A stretch of 64,000 nucleotides of DNA. It comes from Octopus vulgaris. Its lineage: Eukaryota. The translations under genes and the position numbers were made by a program. Numbering within the stretch: position 1 is the first letter of the stretch; every line of letters begins with the position of its first letter. Under the pieces are notes generated by a model. That model was not told the DNA's origin and made no database searches. It saw only the letters and a program-made list of their open reading frames with translations. Shown in pieces: positions 27,006-39,250 of the stretch. The stretch spans positions 41,044,001 through 41,108,000 of the forward strand of contig OX597816.1 in the NCBI GenBank assembly GCA_951406725.2. Direction: 5' to 3'.

Positions 27006-29739
27006 CCTGCTTATTGTGTGTGTCCCTGCCTAAGCCATTACAATTATTGAGGGTTTTTGTCCTCTACTACGTTACGTAAGTATCCTAAATATACACCTTC
27101 AGCCATATTGTTAGAGATGGATGTAATGTTTCCCTAAATCTCTTTGAGCTTTCACTCACGTCATGGGATGATGCGATCCCTCATGTGGGACCTGGAGTAT
27201 ACATTTTACACACAATGCTGCATCTAATCCTATAATGTGAATCTCGTATCGACTACAATAAAGGCAACATATTATGAATGCCATTATCAGATTCTGTAAC
27301 GTATGTACCTCTGTGTCATGGTTTGCATTATTTTCATGAAATATTACGTGATGCTGAAGTGACATATTGGTTCGGAAATCTAGGCCGTTGGTGACCTCTT
27401 GTATTTTGAACTTCAAACTTCATAACTTTATTTTAATTTTTATTTTATATTTATATTTTATTATCTAATTAAATACTAGTTTCAATACTGATGCACCTTT
27501 CATTGCGCAAGTTGTCGTTTTTTATGTATCATTAGGCAGGCGTTTTGTACAATATTTTTCAAAAGAATTACACGTACTCTCCATAATTTCAATAATCTAA
27601 CACATGTTTTGTTTTTCCATTTAGAGTGATTAAGTGTTCCAAATGTTTGATTCATTCAGAATAATATAATGCATTTTTCCAATAGTTAAATGAGGAAATA
27701 TGTTCTAGGTGTGCTTCTATTTCACACTGTAGCCACTTCTATACTGCTAATCTCTTTGTCTAGGTATATTTAACGGATATCAATCAGTTCATAGTGTAAA
27801 ACAAGTTCGCTTTTCGTTACATTATATCAATGTATTTAATTACGCTGTGTAAAATGCACATATAATGTTGCATCTTTCTGATCTTGTACATTTTATCCAG
27901 GTTAGTTTAGAATTATTGTTTTTGTCACTCATCAACTTGCTGATGTCGCTTTTTATTCCCAAAGTAGCACATTGTTTTATTATCTTCCATAGTTCTTTGT
28001 GTTTCTATTATGCCGACAATTTGTGCGAGTATGGCTTTGAAGTTCTCTCTCATATATTTCTATATTATGTTTGATGGGATTTTCGAAAAAGAAGCATTCT
28101 TAATAGAGATATTCTGTTTGGCTTTATGGTTTTGATGGTTTATGCAAAAAGACATGTTATTTGTGTTCTTCTTTTAGTGTTTATTTTACTTTATTTTATT
28201 ATCTATAAAGTGTTCCTTGTATTACCGGAAAGATTTAACTTTCACTACATTAGCGACATCAGTTTTCCTTTGCAACATACGAAGTTGAATTTAAAGATGT
28301 AGAAAATACAGCATTCTCCATTGACTGCGAATTTATTTCGTTTCAATGCATTATTTATATATAAATATTGCACAGAACAATGTAAAATTCACGAGATTGC
28401 AACAGATATAACATTAGACTAAAAATAAACTGAAACTTCTATTTCTCAATAAACCAAAGATTACATTCAATTTAATAATTCTCACCGTGTTGATGCATAC
28501 TCTTTTCTCAGTTATGGTACAACATCAGGAAAACCTTATGAAGAGCAATTCACAAATCTTATATCAAATTTTACTTTGGCGACGCTCTTTTAGCTTTCCA
28601 GGGTACAGTAGCACGTTTACTAACCAAAAAAGGCTGTTTGGAGAAATTCGGACAATAGTCTAAATTCCGCCATTTTCCAACATATATATGATTCGTAATA
28701 TCTTTCACTAACCACAGATAACGTTGTATTTGTCGGTGCGGTTTCTGCACAATCATATCTAAAGGATATTTGCATTTTTTCATCAACATTCAGTCGTATC
28801 ACATCAATAGGAATCTTGAAGGAAGCCTTTTGATGTTACCTTTGACACACTAACTTTTCAGTCTTTCAAATCTTGGATTTCATTCTTCGTATGTTTACTG
28901 TCACAAGTGATGTTTTAAGAGTTTCCTGGTGACCTGAGTACTGGACCTGTGTGAGAAGAAATGCATGTGACCATGATGTCTCATAAACAAATTGCTTTCA
29001 CTGACAATCAACCAGCTAAAGCTCTCGACTATCTTGGAGAAAAACAAGTGACTAGAACAAGTGATATACAAATGATGTCTCACGAAGTCAAACAATCAGA
29101 ACACCGGACTAATGTCAGACAACAGAAATTAATTTGAAAGTGTCATAAGCAAATGTCATACCTGGACATTTAGCCAACCAGAAAGTTAGTCTATATGAAG
29201 ACAATCACACGTGTCACCTTTGAGCAAGTAATTAATAAGGACTTCAATACAAACAAAATCATCTTGAAAATATTTCAAATTTATATACGCACGAGTAAAA
29301 TAAACAGCCAGCAATTTCTTTTTCTTTTCTAATTTCTTATACTTTAAAGTCTTTATCATACGTCATTGCTCTAACATAGCATATTCCTACGAAATTGTTT
29401 CAACTTAATAATATCTATAATGTATCACTGCTATGCGTTTTACCGAACATTTCAATTTTCATAATTTCTTATTGTTCTGAAATTTGCATTTTCATCATGT
29501 AATTATCCTATGAAGGCCATCGAAAATTTGACTTTTGCGTATGTTTTACTGCTGTGAAATGTTTTCATAGGCATTTTTTCCTTTTTAAAATTTTCTTTTA
29601 TTTTGTATTTCATTATTCACCGTAGAAAAAAAATGAAACCGTTATAACAAATTAAAAACGATAGGAAAAATCAACTATTTAAAAAAAATTCCAGCTCCAG
29701 CCAAATTTCCTATACACACCCGCACACATACGTTTGTAC

Positions 29740-29869
<130 letters not shown>

Positions 29870-30403
29870 CTATCTGTCTGTCTGTCTGTCTGTCTGCCTG
29901 TCTGTCTGTTTGTCTATCTGTCTGCCTATCAAATTTATCTATAAATAATGGTCTTATCCACATCCCACGTGATACATTTATGAATTCTGAACTTGCAATA
30001 GTATAGGAAGTGAATATCTAGAAAACACAAGTGCGTTACAGATTTGAGTATTATGCGTACATCTGAGATGACACTACTAGCAAGAAAAATTAGATTTATT
30101 TCAGCCTTAAGAAACGCAGATGTGCGATTATCCTTGTCTATTTCATGCCCGCTAGAACTCTCTCAGCGCTTTGAACAAATAAGAGAATATTTATTTGTTC
30201 AAGCCGACACATTACAACTATACCACCTAGCTTGATATAGTTACCGTGTTCTACTCACATCACCCATACAAAATAATTTAGTCCGTTATTCTCACCCATA
30301 TCTGCCAGTTGCACTCCAGAACTCAAGCGTTGCCAGAGCTTTCCATGTATACGTCAACTTACATAAACCATAGTTCATCAACTGTATCAACCTGAAATAC
30401 ACG

Positions 30404-30576
<173 letters not shown>

Positions 30577-30597
30577 ATATATATATATATATATATA

Positions 30598-30680
<83 letters not shown>

Positions 30681-30684
<4 letters not shown>

Positions 30685-31157
30685 ATATTTCGGAATGGTC
30701 ATATTGCCAGTTTAGCCAATAAAAACACACGCACTATATATTTGGTGTTATTTTGCTTCAGTGATATTTATTTTTTTACATTAATCTTAATCTTATTTCG
30801 GCCAAAGTTCTTTCGTCACACTCCTGTGACCGCATCAGTGGTCCTTTGTTTTCTTCTCACTTACTTGTGTCTCTCCTTACTAACCGTCAGCCATTTTGTA
30901 TTTCTATTGTATCTCTTCATTTGCGCATGCTTATATCTCTATGTGCGTCTATGTTTATTTAGTGTGTGTGGGGGGGGGGGATGCCTGTAATATTTGTATC
31001 TTCTGGTTATATACATTCTTGTAATTTGTATTTTGTTTTTGTTGTTGTTGCTTTTGTTCTAATTTTGTTCATGTGTTTACATCCACCCATTATTATCATT
31101 ACATATGCTTGTATGTATGTATAACAACAATATTAGTAATAATAATAATAAATCTAA

Positions 31158-31192
<35 letters not shown>

Positions 31193-33110
31193 CATACACA
31201 TATATATATACATATATATATATACATATATACACACACATATACACATATACATACACACATATATACACATATACATATATATAGTTATTCATTTCTA
31301 TTTCTTTAATTATCTGTGTATTTATTATGTTTGCAGGATCCACTATCGTCATATGTTGTGGTGTGCGCTATTGCTCCATTCTAGTTTTCTATTCAGGCTA
31401 GGTTTATTTTCTATTATATGTGTAGCTTCTGCAATCTGTCTAATTGTTGCATCTGTTCTATGTGTGGACAATATCTTAATCTCTATGTTATTGATTGATC
31501 CCCCGTGTTCTTGTTCAGCGTGTTGGTACAGAATCGATGAGCTTTTACCTTCCTTGAGTTGTCTCCAATGTTCATTCACCCGCTCACCAATGCTTCTTGC
31601 TGTTTCCCCTACGTATGTTACTGTCTTGTTACTGCATCGTCCCTCTATACATCTTATACTATAGACCACATTTCTGGCTTTACAGTTTGTTTGTGGGCTA
31701 AATCTACATACGTACAGAGAGTTCTACTAAAAGGATAGCTTCTACCAATTATAGATATGATAGGGTTGCCTGGCTTTTCAACAACCTTAATTCTTAGTTT
31801 AAGTTTATCTAGGGTCCTTCTAAAGCGGTACGCCAGTTCACCTCCAGGGGTGGTGTCAACGAACATGATACTCTGGTATTTATGGCTATCATACCAAGAG
31901 TTGGCCTTCCCTATTTTCTTTTTTGTCCTTTCTATAGTGTTCCATGACTTGTTCCTATAGAGTGGGCAAATCCCATTCCTATCATTACATAATATATTAT
32001 CAAATTTCTTCATGGCTCCTTTGTATACTCTGACCCTTTCTTTATGGCTGTAACCTGAGAACTGCATGCGGTGAATGAAATACTGTATGTGTCTCTTTAA
32101 TTCTGTAGGCTCGCACATGCGTGACACATTTCTCATTATTCTGACGAGGTCTGCCATCAAAATATTGAATTTGGCATTGCCCGCAATGGCTGAGTTCCGG
32201 TGGATCAGGTATTTTGAGGCCATAGGTTTTGCATAGTATGAATGAAGGATTTGGGTTTTATTTTTCACAATTTCTAGCCAGAGTTCAGTGTCTAGTAGTG
32301 GTAGTCTATGGTTGGGGTGTTTAGTGGGGTAGTCTATTGTGACCTTAATACTCTGGTGGATGGAGTTAGCTATTTGCTAGATGCTCTCCATAGTATTAGT
32401 TTCTATTACTATATCAACATTACTCTCTTGTGGGGGTGCCTTTACTACTATATTGATATCATCAACATAGCGAGAGTACATGTTTACGAGTATGGATTTC
32501 TGCAGTAGGCATTCTTTAATCCTTCTGTCCCACCATACCATGAAGAGGTTGGCCACATCACCAGCGATACTAACACCGATGGCTGCCCCCTCGTCCTGGG
32601 CATATATTTTATTATTAAATTTAAATGTGTGGCCTTTTAGGGTAACTCTTATACTAGCTCCTAGTGCATGTGCGATCATTTTCGTTACCTGATGGACATT
32701 TTCGGGGCTCCGTATGGCTCTGGTCCATCCGCGCCATCTTTCTATATGTGTCTTCCTAGCCATAGACGTAATTGTAGGCGGTCTACCTCTTAAACATCTA
32801 CTGGGGCAGAAACTACTAAGATTATGTTTATCTAAGTATTCACTATTATATGTCAGTCTAAGTAGGAGGCCCAGTTCTTCTGTGTCGACATTACAGAACT
32901 CCACCTGGCTCTCGTTGATCATCTCCACGCACTTCTCCACTGCAAAATCTACGTCAATCGATGGGTATAGGGATACCACATCCATGCTACCAACTATACA
33001 TCCTGTCAAGTCACAAGTTTTGTTACAGTCACTGATCCTGCTTAGGAGATCTTCTGTGCTGTCACACACATCAGGTGACATCCTGATTATAGGGCGTATG
33101 ATCATTGAGA
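30681..33110 (-). mobile_element. Inverted, 5'-truncated copy of PLE-1 (RT C-half, GIY-YIG, 3' UTR, pLTR)
   Basis: Reverse complement of about 35409-37837; ORF pieces 32377-33105, 31654-32268 and 31349-31669 match the + copy. Confidence 0.97.
30800..30844 (-). ncRNA. PLE-1 pLTR hammerhead-like motif (inverted copy)
   Basis: Identical to 33121-33165. Confidence 0.65.
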
Positions 33111-33120
33111 AGAAAACAAA

Positions 33121-33165
33121 GGACCACTGATGCGGTCACAGGAGTGTGACGAAAGAACTTTGGCC
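33121..33165 (+). ncRNA. Hammerhead-like motif with atypical core CUGAUGCG
   Basis: GGACCA-CUGAUGCG-GUCACA GGAG UGUGAC-GAA-AGAACU-U-UGGCC; located near the pLTR 5' edge, where PLE HHRs usually lie. Confidence 0.65.
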
Positions 33166-33262
33166 GAAATAAGATTAAGATTAATGTAAAAAAATAAATA
33201 TCACTGAAGCAAAATAACACCAAATATATAGTGCGTGTGTTTTTATTGACTAAACTGGCAAT

Positions 33263-35227
33263 ATGACCATTCCGAAACATAACAATATCTGTTTCAACAC
33301 ACGACTTCACATAAAAAATCTTGCACAACAAATATTTAAACGTACTAACGTGAGCCACAGCCAGGCTTGCAAGATGCTGAAGAACACTATATTTTGTTGC
33401 CTAAAGAAAACTGTGACAACGCAACAGCTTCGTTTTATAAAACAATGTGTCTCGTCCAGGATATGTATCAACAAGGTCACAGCCAATGTTAAACGGCTTG
33501 ACCTCACTAACGGACAAGCGGAAAGACTAAAAAGGACGCTAATGGTAAATATTAGAAATAGAATATACAGAGAGCTGAGCGAACAAGAGAAGCGTAAACG
33601 TATATTTTTAAAAGAAATTAAAAGTATCACCACACGAAAGGAGAAAACCTTACTAATGGATATAATATATGAAGAAAACAGACATGTAATACACCAATGC
33701 AATATCCATTTTAAGAGGAAGTTATCGTGGTTGAAACAGAAACGTCAATATGAGCTCGCAAAGGAAGAAAAGCAGAAGTATCCAGATACAATAAATGGAA
33801 TTATTATGGAAGATGTGCTACTACCAGAAGAGTTCAATAAAGACAATGAAGCGAACATCTATGGGGGAGTAACAACGGACCCAGATGAAATATCGATACT
33901 TCAACTACCACCAAAGTATGCAGTGTATAGTAAGGTGAATACCATTAAATGCCTGTCCGAGATTGAAAAGTCGTTCACAAAAATACGTTGGAATTTAAAT
34001 AGATACTATGACAACAACACTTGCGACAACAACAACAACGCGAAAAACACTAACCGCAGCAACAACAACACAAACAATAATGACCGCAACAATAACAACC
34101 GACGCAACAAAAGCAACACGAACCCTAACAGCGGCAACAACAACAACAACACGAACCCTAACAGCGACAACAACAATAACAATAGAAAAAATGTATGCAT
34201 AGACACAAACAATAGATACAAAAACAAAAACACAAACAGAGAGAGAAAAATCGTATACAACAGCAACAACAACAACAATTATAGGGAGAACCGACACACA
34301 AACACACACACAGATAGCCATAGTCTCAAAGACACGAATAAAAGTTGTGTCATAGGGGTCACGATGGAGAATAAAGTTGAATGCAACAGGATCCTTGGAC
34401 AGGGAGTCAGCGGACTTGAAACAGATAACAATACTCATAGGAACAAAAATAACGACCGCAACAGGGGGAATGACAGGGACCAACAGACAGACATAAAACC
34501 CAACACTAATATAAACAACACATATACCAGAAACAGGAACAATGAATATATCACTAGCGATGATAGTAATAATGGCAATGGTAGGAATAAAGGTAATAAC
34601 AATAATAGTGGTAGTAGTAGTGGTGATGGTAACAGTAGAAGTAGTAATGAGGATAGTAGTGATAGTTGTGGTGGTAATAGGAATACTACTAGTAGTAGTA
34701 GTGGTAATGGTGATAATAATAATAGGAAGGCTGATGTTGGAAACAGTAACGATAATGAAGATAACCCTAGAGAGACCATTGACATGTATACCCATCCCTT
34801 TGACACTCAATTCTTCAACGTATGCGACAAAACTTACTGCATGAACCGAATTTATCCAACAACATTACCCTTCAACAAAAGAGTATACATCCCAAGACGT
34901 ACTAATGACCACATGGAAGCACAGTTCACTATAGCTAGGACCAAACTTAGACAGATTTTAGGATTATACATTAAGAGACAGAGACAGAATAAGACAGATG
35001 CCCAACAACTCGGGATTAAACCTGCATGTGGCCTACAGAAGCTCATTCAGCGCACGAGGAACGGAGAGGTGATATGCCTTCCCACGGATAAGTCTGGCAG
35101 GATGTCAATAGACAGCTTACCGAACTACATCCAGGCAATGCAACCTCATATCACCAATACAAAAGTAACAACTGTACAGGCGCATGAGGAGAGAGAAAAG
35201 GTCCTCAACGCCCACATGATGATGTGA
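33263..35227 (+). CDS. PLE-1 polyprotein N-terminal part (654 aa) with Asn/Ser-rich insert; ends at a single in-frame TGA
   Basis: ILQLPPKYAVY and PTDKSGR motifs (PLE DKG-equivalent); the frame continues after the TGA as TIVLG..LYGLRKDHK..PPTRPVCGA. Confidence 0.85.
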   Translation: MTIPKHNNICFNTRLHIKNLAQQIFKRTNVSHSQACKMLKNTIFCCLKKTVTTQQLRFIKQCVSSRICINKVTANVKRLDLTNGQAERLKRTLMVNIRNRIYRELSEQEKRKRIFLKEIKSITTRKEKTLLMDIIYEENRHVIHQCNIHFKRKLSWLKQKRQYELAKEEKQKYPDTINGIIMEDVLLPEEFNKDNEANIYGGVTTDPDEISILQLPPKYAVYSKVNTIKCLSEIEKSFTKIRWNLNRYYDNNTCDNNNNAKNTNRSNNNTNNNDRNNNNRRNKSNTNPNSGNNNNNTNPNSDNNNNNRKNVCIDTNNRYKNKNTNRERKIVYNSNNNNNYRENRHTNTHTDSHSLKDTNKSCVIGVTMENKVECNRILGQGVSGLETDNNTHRNKNNDRNRGNDRDQQTDIKPNTNINNTYTRNRNNEYITSDDSNNGNGRNKGNNNNSGSSSGDGNSRSSNEDSSDSCGGNRNTTSSSSGNGDNNNRKADVGNSNDNEDNPRETIDMYTHPFDTQFFNVCDKTYCMNRIYPTTLPFNKRVYIPRRTNDHMEAQFTIARTKLRQILGLYIKRQRQNKTDAQQLGIKPACGLQKLIQRTRNGEVICLPTDKSGRMSIDSLPNYIQAMQPHITNTKVTTVQAHEEREKVLNAHMMM

Positions 35228-36865
35228 ACAATTGTTCTAGGACCTCAGAAACGTACTGCAAAGAATTTCCAAGCCTGGAACAATGATATCCCGGCACTGT
35301 ATGGACTTCGCAAGGACCATAAAGGTTTTACTGACCGTATAGCAGGACCACCAACAAGACCAGTCTGTGGAGCGAATATCGCTAGCAATTACAGAATCTC
35401 CTACTTCCTCTCAATGATCATACGCCCTATAATCAGGATGTCACCTGATGTGTGTGACAGCACAGAAGATCTCCTAAGCAGGATCAGTGACTGTAACAAA
35501 ACTTGTGACTTGACAGGATGTATAGTTGGTAGCATGGATGTGGTATCCCTATACCCATCGATTGACGTAGATTTTGCAGTGGGGAAGTGCGTGGAGATGA
35601 TCAACGAGAGCCAGGTGGAGTTCTGTAATGTCGACACAGAAGAACTGGGCCTCCTACTTAGACTGACATATAATAGTGAATACTTAGATAAACATAATCT
35701 TAGTAGTTTCTGCCCCAGTAGATGTTTAAGAGGTAGACCGCCTACAATTACGTCTATGGCTAGGAAGACACATATAGAAAGATGGCGCGGATGGACCAGA
35801 GCCATACGGAGCCCCGCAAATGTCCATCAGGTAAAGAAAATGATCGCACATGCACTAGGAGCTAGTATAAGAGTTACCCTAAAAGGCCACACATTTAAAT
35901 TTAATAATAAAATATATGCCCAGGACGAGGGGGCAGCCATCGGTGTTAGTATCGCTGGTGATGTGGCCAACCTCTTCATGGTATGGTGGGACAGAAGGAT
36001 TAAAGAATGCCTACTGCAGAAATCCATACTCGTAAACATGTACTCTCGCTATGTTGATGATATCAATATAGTAGTAAAGGCACCCCCACAAGAGAGTAAT
36101 GTTGATATAGTAATAGAAACTAATACTATGGAGAGCATCCAGCAATTAGCTAACTCCATCCACCAGAGTATTAAGGTCACAATAGACTACCCCTCTAAAC
36201 ACCCCAACCATAGACTACCACTACTAGACACTGAACTCTGGCTAGAAATTGTGAAAAATAAAACCCAAATCCTTCATTCATACTATGCAAAACCTATGGC
36301 CTCAAAATACCTGATCCACCGGAACTCAGCCATTGCGGGCAATGCCAAATTCAATATTTTGATGGCAGACCTCGTCAGAATAATGAGAAATGTGTCACGC
36401 ATGTGCGAGCCTACAGAATTAAAGAGACACATACAGTATTTCATTCACCGCATGCAGTTCTCAGGTTACAGCCATAAAGAAAGGGTCAGAGTATACAAAG
36501 GAGCCATGAAGAAATTTGATAATATATTATGTAATGATAGGAATGGGATTTGCCCACTCTATAGGAACAAGTCATGGAACACTATAGAAAGGACAAAAAA
36601 GAAAATAGGGAAGGCCAACTCTTGGTATGATAGCCATAAATACCAGAGTGTCATGTTCGTTGACACCACCCCTGGAGGTGAACTGGCGTACCGCTTTAGA
36701 AGGACCCTAGATAAACTTAAACTAAGAATTAAGGTTGTTGAAAAGCCAGGCAACCCTATCATATCTATAATTGGTAGAAGCTATCCTTTTAGTAGAACTC
36801 TCTGTACGTATGTAGATTTAGCCCACAAACAAACTGTAAAGCCAGAAATGTGGTCCATAGTATAA
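35228..36865 (+). CDS. PLE-1 reverse transcriptase and thumb
   Basis: GSMDVVSLYPSID, YAQDEGAAIGVSIAGDVANL, RYVDD, LPLLDTEL, YAKPMAS. Confidence 0.93.
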   Translation, partial: TIVLGPQKRTAKNFQAWNNDIPALYGLRKDHKGFTDRIAGPPTRPVCGANIASNYRISYFLSMIIRPIIRMSPDVCDSTEDLLSRISDCNKTCDLTGCIVGSMDVVSLYPSIDVDFAVGKCVEMINESQVEFCNVDTEELGLLLRLTYNSEYLDKHNLSSFCPSRCLRGRPPTITSMARKTHIERWRGWTRAIRSPANVHQVKKMIAHALGASIRVTLKGHTFKFNNKIYAQDEGAAIGVSIAGDVANLFMVWWDRRIKECLLQKSILVNMYSRYVDDINIVVKAPPQESNVDIVIETNTMESIQQLANSIHQSIKVTIDYPSKHPNHRLPLLDTELWLEIVKNKTQILHSYYAKPMASKYLIHRNSAIAGNAKFNILMADLVRIMRNVSRMCEPTELKRHIQYFIHRMQFSGYSHKERVRVYKGAMKKFDNILCNDRNGICPLYRNKSWNTIERTKKKIGKANSWYDSHKYQSVMFVDTTPGGELAYRFRRTLDKLKLRIKVVEKPGNPIISIIGRSYPFSRTLCTYVDLAHKQTVKPEMWSIV

Positions 36866-37170
36866 GATGTATAGAGGGACGATGCAGTAACAAGACAGTA
36901 ACATACGTAGGGGAAACAGCAAGAAGCATTGGTGAGCGGGTGAATGAACATTGGAGACAACTCAAGGAAGGTAAAAGCTCATCGATTCTGTACCAACACG
37001 CTGAACAAGAACACGGGGGATCAATCAATAACATAGAGATTAAGATATTGTCCACACATAGAACAGATGCAACAATTAGACAGATTGCAGAAGCTACACG
37101 TATAATAGAAAATAAACCTAGCCTGAATAGAAAACTAGAATGGAGCAATAGCGCACACCACAACATATGA
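36808..37170 (+). CDS. PLE-1 GIY-YIG endonuclease (frameshifted relative to the RT)
   Basis: VCRFSPQTNCKARNVVHSIRC..TYVGETARSIGERVNEH..H..H..RQIAEA..PSLN; ORF track 36850-37170. Confidence 0.92.
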   Translation, partial: VCRFSPQTNCKARNVVHSIRCIEGRCSNKTVTYVGETARSIGERVNEHWRQLKEGKSSSILYQHAEQEHGGSINNIEIKILSTHRTDATIRQIAEATRIIENKPSLNRKLEWSNSAHHNI

Positions 37171-37328
37171 CGATAGTGGATCCTGCAAACATAATAAATA
37201 CACAGATAATTAAAGAAATAGAAATGAATAACTATATATATGTATATGTGTATATATGTGTGTATGTATATGTGTATATGTGTGTGTATATATGTATATA
37301 TATATATGTATATATATATGTGTATGTA

Positions 37329-37363
<35 letters not shown>

Positions 37364-37673
37364 TTAGATTTATTATTATTATTACTAATATTGTTGTTAT
37401 ACATACATACAAGCATATGTAATGATAATAATGGGTGGATGTAAACACATGAACAAAATTAGAACAAAAGCAACAACAACAAAAACAAAATACAAATTAC
37501 AAGAATGTATATAACCAGAAGATACAAATATTACAGGCATCCCCCCACACACACACTAAATAAACATAGACGCACATAGAGATATAAGCATGCGCAAATG
37601 AAGACATACAATAGAAATACAAAATGGCTGACGGTTAGTAAGGAGAGACACAAGTAAGTGAGAAGAAAACAAA

Positions 37674-37718
37674 GGACCACTAATGCGGTCACAGGAGTGT
37701 GACGAAAGAACTTTGGCC
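37674..37718 (+). ncRNA. PLE-1 3' pLTR hammerhead-like motif with G5A change (probably inactive)
   Basis: CUAAUGCG instead of the CUGAUGCG in the other two copies. Confidence 0.55.
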
Positions 37719-37893
37719 GAAATAAGATTAAGATTAATGTAAAAAATAAATATCACTGAAGCAAAATAACACCAAATATATAGTGCGTGTGTTTTTATTG
37801 GCTAAACTGGCAATATGACCATTCCGAAATATAACAATATCTGTTTCAACACACGACTTCACATAAAAAATCTTGCACAACAAATATTTAAAC

Positions 37894-37947
<54 letters not shown>

Positions 37948-38056
37948 GTACATATATAGATATATGGACAGATAGATAGATTATCCCAGCCGACAAAAAA
38001 ACTGCTCTTGGCACATACTGGATTGGCCTCGTGATTATATTTTTAATCTTGGCGTA

Positions 38057-38124
38057 TCTGTTGACGAAGACTTTTCCTATCAAATTATTTTATTTGCTAA
38101 AAAAGTCAGAAACCATGGTCCAGG
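38057..38124 (+). ncRNA. Hammerhead variant (C3U), relative of the 22911 family
   Basis: UCUG-UUGACGA-A-GACUUUU..AAAAGUC-A-GAA-ACCAUGGU-C-CAGG; the downstream about 90 nt is homologous to 22981-23080. Confidence 0.75.
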
Positions 38125-38227
38125 AAATAGATGGTAAATGTTTGTATTTTTCATTCCCATCGAATTAGTGGGTTGGACTTTAGCGGTTCCTTCTAGCGGA
38201 AGGGAGTCCGTTTAAATCTGCAGTGTA

Positions 38228-38295
<68 letters not shown>

Positions 38296-38495
38296 CTACA
38301 AAATTAGAGAATGGAGAAACATACTTAAATCAATAAAACATCAACTATCCGATGATACTCAATCCATACTTTAATACACCATTACATAGGAGTAAAGGCA
38401 ATATATAAAATGAAATGAGATATACAGTAATAGTAAAAGTAAAAAGATAAAGAGATATAAGTAAAAAATTACAAATACAATATGCAAATAAATCA

Positions 38496-38609
38496 AAACT
38501 GACAGCTGTTTCGGCAGTGAGGACAGTCATACCTCATTTAACCTATAAGCCATAAAGGCAGGTATAAATGAGGCATTAACAAAGATGCCCCACGGCCTCT
38601 TCAGAGAAT
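38496..38609 (-). ncRNA. Hammerhead ribozyme in the left palindrome arm
   Basis: Mirror of 39589-39702. Confidence 0.8.
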
Positions 38610-38946
38610 TAAATTAAATTTGTTATAATAGTGAAAAATATTATATAATCATATACATATAAATATAAAAATATAAAAAGTAAAATATAAAAACTTATAC
38701 ATCATAATGCTACACTTGTATAATATAATACACATTTGTACAAAAAGGAAGGTAACCAGAACAAAATAAAACAAAATATATAACAGTGTATATATAATAT
38801 TAATAAGTACCGATATCATACATATTTAGCTAATAGTTTTTTTTATAAAAAAAGGGCTAACACATATGGAGATGAAAAATAATAATAATTAAATCCGTGG
38901 TACAGTTCATAAAATTCTAAAGCTATAAAAGTTAATAAAAATTACT

Positions 38947-38980
<34 letters not shown>

Positions 38981-39216
38981 GTAATAATAATAAAAAATAA
39001 TAAAAATAGATACAGTTAAGTTATCACCAAGTCCATCCTTCCAAGATCGAAATAACTATGAGTTAAGAAATGCTGACCACTAGGTAAAGAAAATTAATCT
39101 AAATTTTCTTTACCTAGTGGTCAGCATTTCTTAACTCATAGTTATTTCGATCTTGGAAGGATGGACTTGGTGATAACTTAACTGTATCTATTTTTATTAT
39201 TTTTTATTATTATTAC

Positions 39217-39250
<34 letters not shown>

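Larger units (their letters stand above)
33106..37896 (+). mobile_element. PLE-1: Penelope-like retroelement (probably Naiad-like) with direct pseudo-LTRs
   Basis: pLTRs 33106-33344 and 37659-37896; RT plus C-terminal GIY-YIG; (TA)n flanks. The clade call is from motif recognition only. Confidence 0.93.

Noticed and set aside
28571-28802. Two overlapping 60-72 aa minus-strand ORFs as a possible host exon
   Set aside because: No recognisable motif or splice support; cannot be distinguished from chance.
33995-34844. Long antisense and alternative-frame ORFs over the PLE-1 low-complexity region
   Set aside because: Shadow ORFs produced by trinucleotide repeats.
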